Assembly (NCBI GenBank): GCA_024704765.1
Contig: JAKMXF010000338.1
Coordinates: 163,234 to 227,233 of the forward strand
Length of the DNA stretch: 64,000 nt
Direction: 5' to 3'
From: Oopsacas minuta
Taxonomy: Eukaryota; Animalia; Porifera
Part shown: piece by piece, positions 61,372 to 64,000 of the stretch
Layout of the letters: each line of letters begins with the position of its first letter
How positions within the stretch are numbered: the stretch's first letter is position 1
Notes under the pieces: model-generated
What the model was told of the DNA's origin: nothing
The model's database searches: none
What the model saw: the letters and a program-made list of their open reading frames with translations, nothing else
Translations under genes and position numbers: made by a program

Positions 61372-61539
61372 TATAACACCCGCGCTATGCGACGAGAATT
61401 TTTGACTCTTTTGGTCAATACATCAATTCAAAATTTGCATTTCTCAGAGAAGCATATCGAAGTCCGACTTGTGATGTATCCGCTGCTCCCACACTAGAGG
61501 AAGAAGAAGTTGACAATAGATTTCCAAATTTCTTGGGAC

Positions 61540-61800
61540 ATAAGATCCAGATTTGATTTGCGACTTAAGAATGCGAAACACTGGCAGCCCAGAGAATCAT
61601 ATACTGTATTTTACAAGAATGCAAACGTTACATGGAAACTTCTATTGAAACTGCAGTAGATGAACGTCGACACGATGCGGTGGATAATGGAGAAGTGGTG
61701 ACTCATTTAGCTCGTACTTTGAGTGTGGGAGATATGTTTGATCAGGTGTGTAAGAGACGTCCAGAGGGAACTCCACTCCCATCCATTCAATGGTTCAGGT
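61540..61800 (+). pseudogene. Transposase-like fragment of an unassigned family
   Basis: Translates DLRLKNA...CKRYMETSIETAVDERRHD...THLARTLSV.DMFDQV...PEGTPLPSIQW; recognised from memory as a recurrent animal TE protein block. Confidence 0.4.
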
Positions 61801-61805
61801 CTGTA

Positions 61806-62200
61806 TAGGGTTAGGCATAAGTTCTACACCAAACTTCTCAAAATTTATATCCCTAGTATTTTCTAACATGCATTTTTTCTATTGGTTGTAGACTATGGTT
61901 GAAGTATACATGCTCAATTTTTTCATTCAAATAGCTTCTAAACAGCGAATTCTTTTATGGATGGCCAAAAATCCAAACTCCCTGCAATTTTGGAATTATA
62001 TACACAGGGGGACAGTCAAGGTAAGAACGAAAGCGCTCTCAGTTACCAAATGGACTGTGCATAGGAGGATCCAACGCTTCAACGAAACTGGTGAGACGTC
62101 TGACAGATCTAGATTACGTCGACCTCGATTCATACGCACACCACTGTTGAAAAAATCGATCAGGGAGAAGATCATGTACAACACCAAGAGAAGTGTCCAG
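61806..62200 (+). mobile_element. maT/DD37D 5' fragment
   Basis: TAGGGTTAGGCATAAGTTCT resembles the TIR at 51060; RFNETG.T.DR.R.RRPR...KSIREKI. Confidence 0.75.
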
Positions 62201-62553
62201 AAAATTGCTAACAAATGCAATTGATAATTCTTTGTATAATCATTGTTTCAACTTTGGATCAGAATGTGTGGAAGGAGATGAAGTACTCTTACATAATATA
62301 AAGAAAGCCAAGCGACTCCCAGGAACAAAAGATGTAAAGAATTATAAGGGATCATATACGATAGTGAAAGTTTAACCAAGTCGTCCAATTGCTCGCAAAG
62401 ATCCAGAAAGCAAAACAACAAAATTGCCTATCCATCTATCAAGAAAATATCATTCTCGCATGAACGAAAAAAGGCAGGTTGGAGCGAAGACAGACAAATC
62501 AAAGAAGCCCAAAAGATCTTGCAAATTCCCTTCTAGCGTTAAATATATTAGCG

Positions 62554-63125
62554 CAGTGGTTCTCAAACTTGTTTCTCTGGTGACCCCCTAAAAGTTCTCC
62601 CTTTAATTCGCGACCCCCTAATTTCCTTGTGAGATATATTTGAGCAAATAAAGGCAAACTAATAATATTATATCAATGAGAAGGATGTAACTGTCTATCC
62701 TAACTAAATCCTAAATTTGGGGATCTGTATTTGTAAGTGCACAACGGAGGTCATCCTCTACTTTCAATTTTTTCCTTGTACTTGATTTTATTTGTAGAAG
62801 AGTTGAAAACCCTGATTCACAAAGGTAGGTGGTAGGGAATTGCAAAAGTCTTTTCAGGATAATTTCAGTGAGAAGAGGATTTGACTCCTCCATTGAACAC
62901 CAAAAGGTACTCAATTCCTCTCTTTCAAATAGTTCCTTGGCAGATCCAATATTAATCAGGTCTATCAATTCTTCCTGTGCACGATCATTATCGTCTGGTA
63001 TTGCTTGAGGGAAGAAAGTGAATGGATTTCTCGGTAACTTCAAATCTGAGTCCTTCCACTCGAGATAATAATGAGAAAATTCTTCGTCTAAGGCCGCTAG
63101 GTGCTCGGAGATGATTGTTTTTGAA
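62554..63125 (-). mobile_element. hAT 3' fragment (dimerization domain plus terminus)
   Basis: Terminus CAGTGGTTCTCAAACTT; FPTTYLCESGFSTLLQIK...DDLRCALT. Confidence 0.88.
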
Positions 63126-63128
63126 TTA

Positions 63129-64000
63129 CACTAGGCGACAATTTTCAACTTTTTCATTATTTTTTCCAAACAATTAATTGAGTTTACCTAATTTGACTAT
63201 GCTGATTCCGAATTTGAAGTCAGAATTCACCCATCACGTCACACTTTTTGCAAAAATTGAATGAAAATTTTACTCAAAAACGGTTGTATTAAGGGCGCTT
63301 GTGCCCTATTAAAGGTCAAGAGCTCCGTACGTGAAACGAAACACAGCCTACAAGGCACCTAACTTACTCAATTGGATTTGAGATTTTGTTACCCTACACC
63401 TTAACCCTCTGAACCTAAACCCTAGACCCCAATAGTACATAATTATGTTCATTTACTCAATAACTTTTGATTCAAACAACTTTTCTTTCTTATTTCTTAT
63501 TGGTGTTTGGTATGAATTTTCTTCTTTTAGCTTTTCTTGCCGCCTCACTATTCTCGTAGTCGCGTTTCAGGCACCAACAGTAGTCCGCCATCATCGTTAC
63601 TTCCCATCGCCCTTGATACCGCGTTTCCATGGTTTTGATGTCCTGGTGAAAACGTTCACCATGCTCCTCACTCATGTCACCCAAGTTTTTAGGAAAATTG
63701 TCCAAATGTGCTTGTAGAAAATGAAACTTTAAACTCATTAGACATCCAAGTGCTTGATAAGAAACCAACATGTTTTTTACAATATTTTGGTAATCCGGAT
63801 CTTTAGTATTTCCAAGAAATTTAGATACAACTTCGGTGGAAGAGAGCCATGCTTTTTTTTCCCATCCGTCATGGTAATAAGAAATTGGGGGTCTTTGGTG
63901 GGTGTTCTGATTTGAGGTCCAACAAATACACCCTCTTTAACTTTCTCGGCACTCAAGTGAGGAAACTTTTCCCGAATGTATTTAAAACATGCACCTTCTT
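63129..64000 (-). mobile_element. Chapaev3 (CMC)-type element 3' end, running off the right window edge
   Basis: LGCLMSLKFHFLQAHLDNFPKNLGDMSEEHGERFHQDI...MMADYCWCL; terminus TTA|CACTAGGCG. Confidence 0.82.

Overview
AT-rich eukaryotic (animal-like) DNA made up almost entirely of nested, mostly decayed DNA transposons. I found no confident host gene, rRNA or CRISPR array. Identifiable elements are two Transib/RAG1-core-like families, an apparently intact Kolobok-type element, many Tc1/mariner elements, several hAT copies and MITEs, Harbinger and Chapaev3 pieces, a pogo element, a MULE fragment and a Ginger2-like integrase. Most notable: (1) a fully delimited RAG1-like element at 50329-54961 with CACAGTG heptamer ends, a perfect 5-bp TSD (TACCA) and asymmetric 19/10-bp-spaced nonamer-like motifs; (2) a second RAG1-like family with a CxxCxxxGHxxxC C-terminal tail; (3) a repeat carrying a type III hammerhead ribozyme, downstream of a tRNA-like Pol III head in one copy; (4) a 2A-like (DIExNPGP) peptide in front of a DDE integrase; (5) an 853-aa TTAA-targeting transposase with a PHD finger and an unexplained second ORF. 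Family names come from motif recognition by eye; no database searches were run. The host (possibly an early-branching animal such as a sponge) is only a guess from composition and TE repertoire.
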